Assembly: GCF_000497125.1 (NCBI RefSeq)
Contig: NC_090599.1
Span: 496,001-560,000, forward strand
Reading direction: 5' to 3'
Source of the DNA: Spironucleus salmonicida
Lineage: Eukaryota
Length of the DNA stretch: 64,000 nucleotides
The notes below the pieces were generated by a model that was not told the origin of the DNA, did not search any database, and saw only the letters and a list, made by a program, of their open reading frames with translations. Every line of letters starts with the position of its first letter. Positions within the stretch are counted from its first letter, which is position 1. Below, piece after piece: positions 62,959-64,000 of this stretch. The translations under genes and the position numbers were made by a program.

Positions 62959-64000
62959 ATGCATTAAGAACTTATATCTGTACTGAACGAATCATTTGAC
63001 AATATCATCTAATAAGGGTTTTCCCAAATTAAGGACTATTTTAACCAACGCTAACTCCATGTCATGTTCGAAACTTCATTGAACTGCAACCCTAAAACCG
63101 ACCATTTAATGCCAAAAAATGTTTTTCCTATTTTCAAAGACCTACTTGAGTAGACATTCAAATAGACGTAAATACGGCTGATCCAGAGCGCATCTGATTC
63201 GATTAGAGAAATTGTCACACTGGATCAGGTTCTCCTCCCACCCCTTCCAGACAATGAGTTTTTGCTGACATTGTTGACCCAGAGCAAGAGGGCGCACCAG
63301 GATGCAATCAAGCAGTTCAGCGACGAAAAGGGAAAGCTGCTCGTCCAAGTATCGGACCTCAAACAGCAAATCTACTCGATGTGGAAGTCAGGAATGTGCT
63401 ATGCGCCGGATTTCATGGAAGACTTTTTCCAGAAAAGCGATAAGGACGACAAGCTGCAGCTCAAGGTCAAGAACCTCCTCAGCCAGCAGCACACGAAGGA
63501 GAAGAGCAGAATGGCCAAGCTCAGGAAGCACGTTATTTAGCAGGAGCAGGAGTTCGTGGGAAACATTTCTGATTTGGGCGTTTTGGAGATTATCTAGGTA
63601 CAGGCGAGCCTTAATGAGTCGAACAAAGTGCTTGATGACGCCGAGCAGTAAGTGGACACTTTCAATGTCAATTTTGTCAAAGATTTCAAAGATTTAGAGA
63701 GCAAGGAGTAGAAGTTACAGCGAGAAATAGCATAAATTTAAGCTAGAGCTAGAGATCTGCAGATTGATTTAACGTAGTCGCAATAGCTGATTGCATTCCT
63801 TAAGAGCAAGGTGCCTAGTGAGGATTGGGATAATCTAATCAGAGAGCAAAAGGATCTTATTGATAATGCTGATAAGCAGAGAAAGGCGTTAGATAGTTTG
63901 TATAGTCAAGATAGTAAGTTATCATTTGAATTATAAGATATATACTTTAAAAAGAAAGACATGATTAACTAGGATTTTGCAGAATAAAAAAACAACCTGC
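62959..64000 (+). CDS. coiled-coil protein (3' truncated by window edge)
   Basis: Code-6 frame open from ATG 62959 through ORF-track 63262..63540 to the window end. Confidence 0.8.

Noticed and set aside
1-64000. tRNA, rRNA, CRISPR arrays, prokaryotic operons or defence systems, intact transposons
   Set aside because: No cloverleaf, repeat-spacer array, transposase or reverse transcriptase motifs recognised; GGTTCGA hits near 26872 and 27654 lie inside a coding frame

Overview
Gene-dense, AT-rich, apparently intron-free eukaryotic DNA that uses the non-standard nuclear code TAA/TAG=Gln with TGA as the only stop (translation table 6). The supplied standard-code ORF track therefore fragments almost every gene. 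The code, compact intergenic spacing and AGTGA stop/poly(A) motif point to a hexamitid diplomonad, most likely Spironucleus. Re-translating by eye gives about 50 CDSs. Recognisable ones are transketolase, a Dbp5-like DEAD-box helicase, RIB43A, a Mn-type CDF transporter, an R2R3 Myb, a PMCA Ca2+-ATPase, TBC, TMCO1, ribophorin I, EF-hand, CstF-64-like, SF1-like KH, Ctf4-like, cyclin, bacterial-type peptidase T, an Xrn1-like protein and a DDT/WHIM protein. The most notable observations are: (1) a full-length Xrn1 homologue with nearly all catalytic motifs destroyed (candidate pseudo-nuclease); (2) recurrent GC-rich islands that ignore gene boundaries and switch from C-rich to G-rich on the top strand (origin- or hotspot-like); (3) three local pairs of diverged paralogues, one resembling the SPD-2/CEP192 domain. 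All family calls come from motif recognition, not database searches. No tRNA, rRNA, CRISPR array or intact mobile element was recognised.
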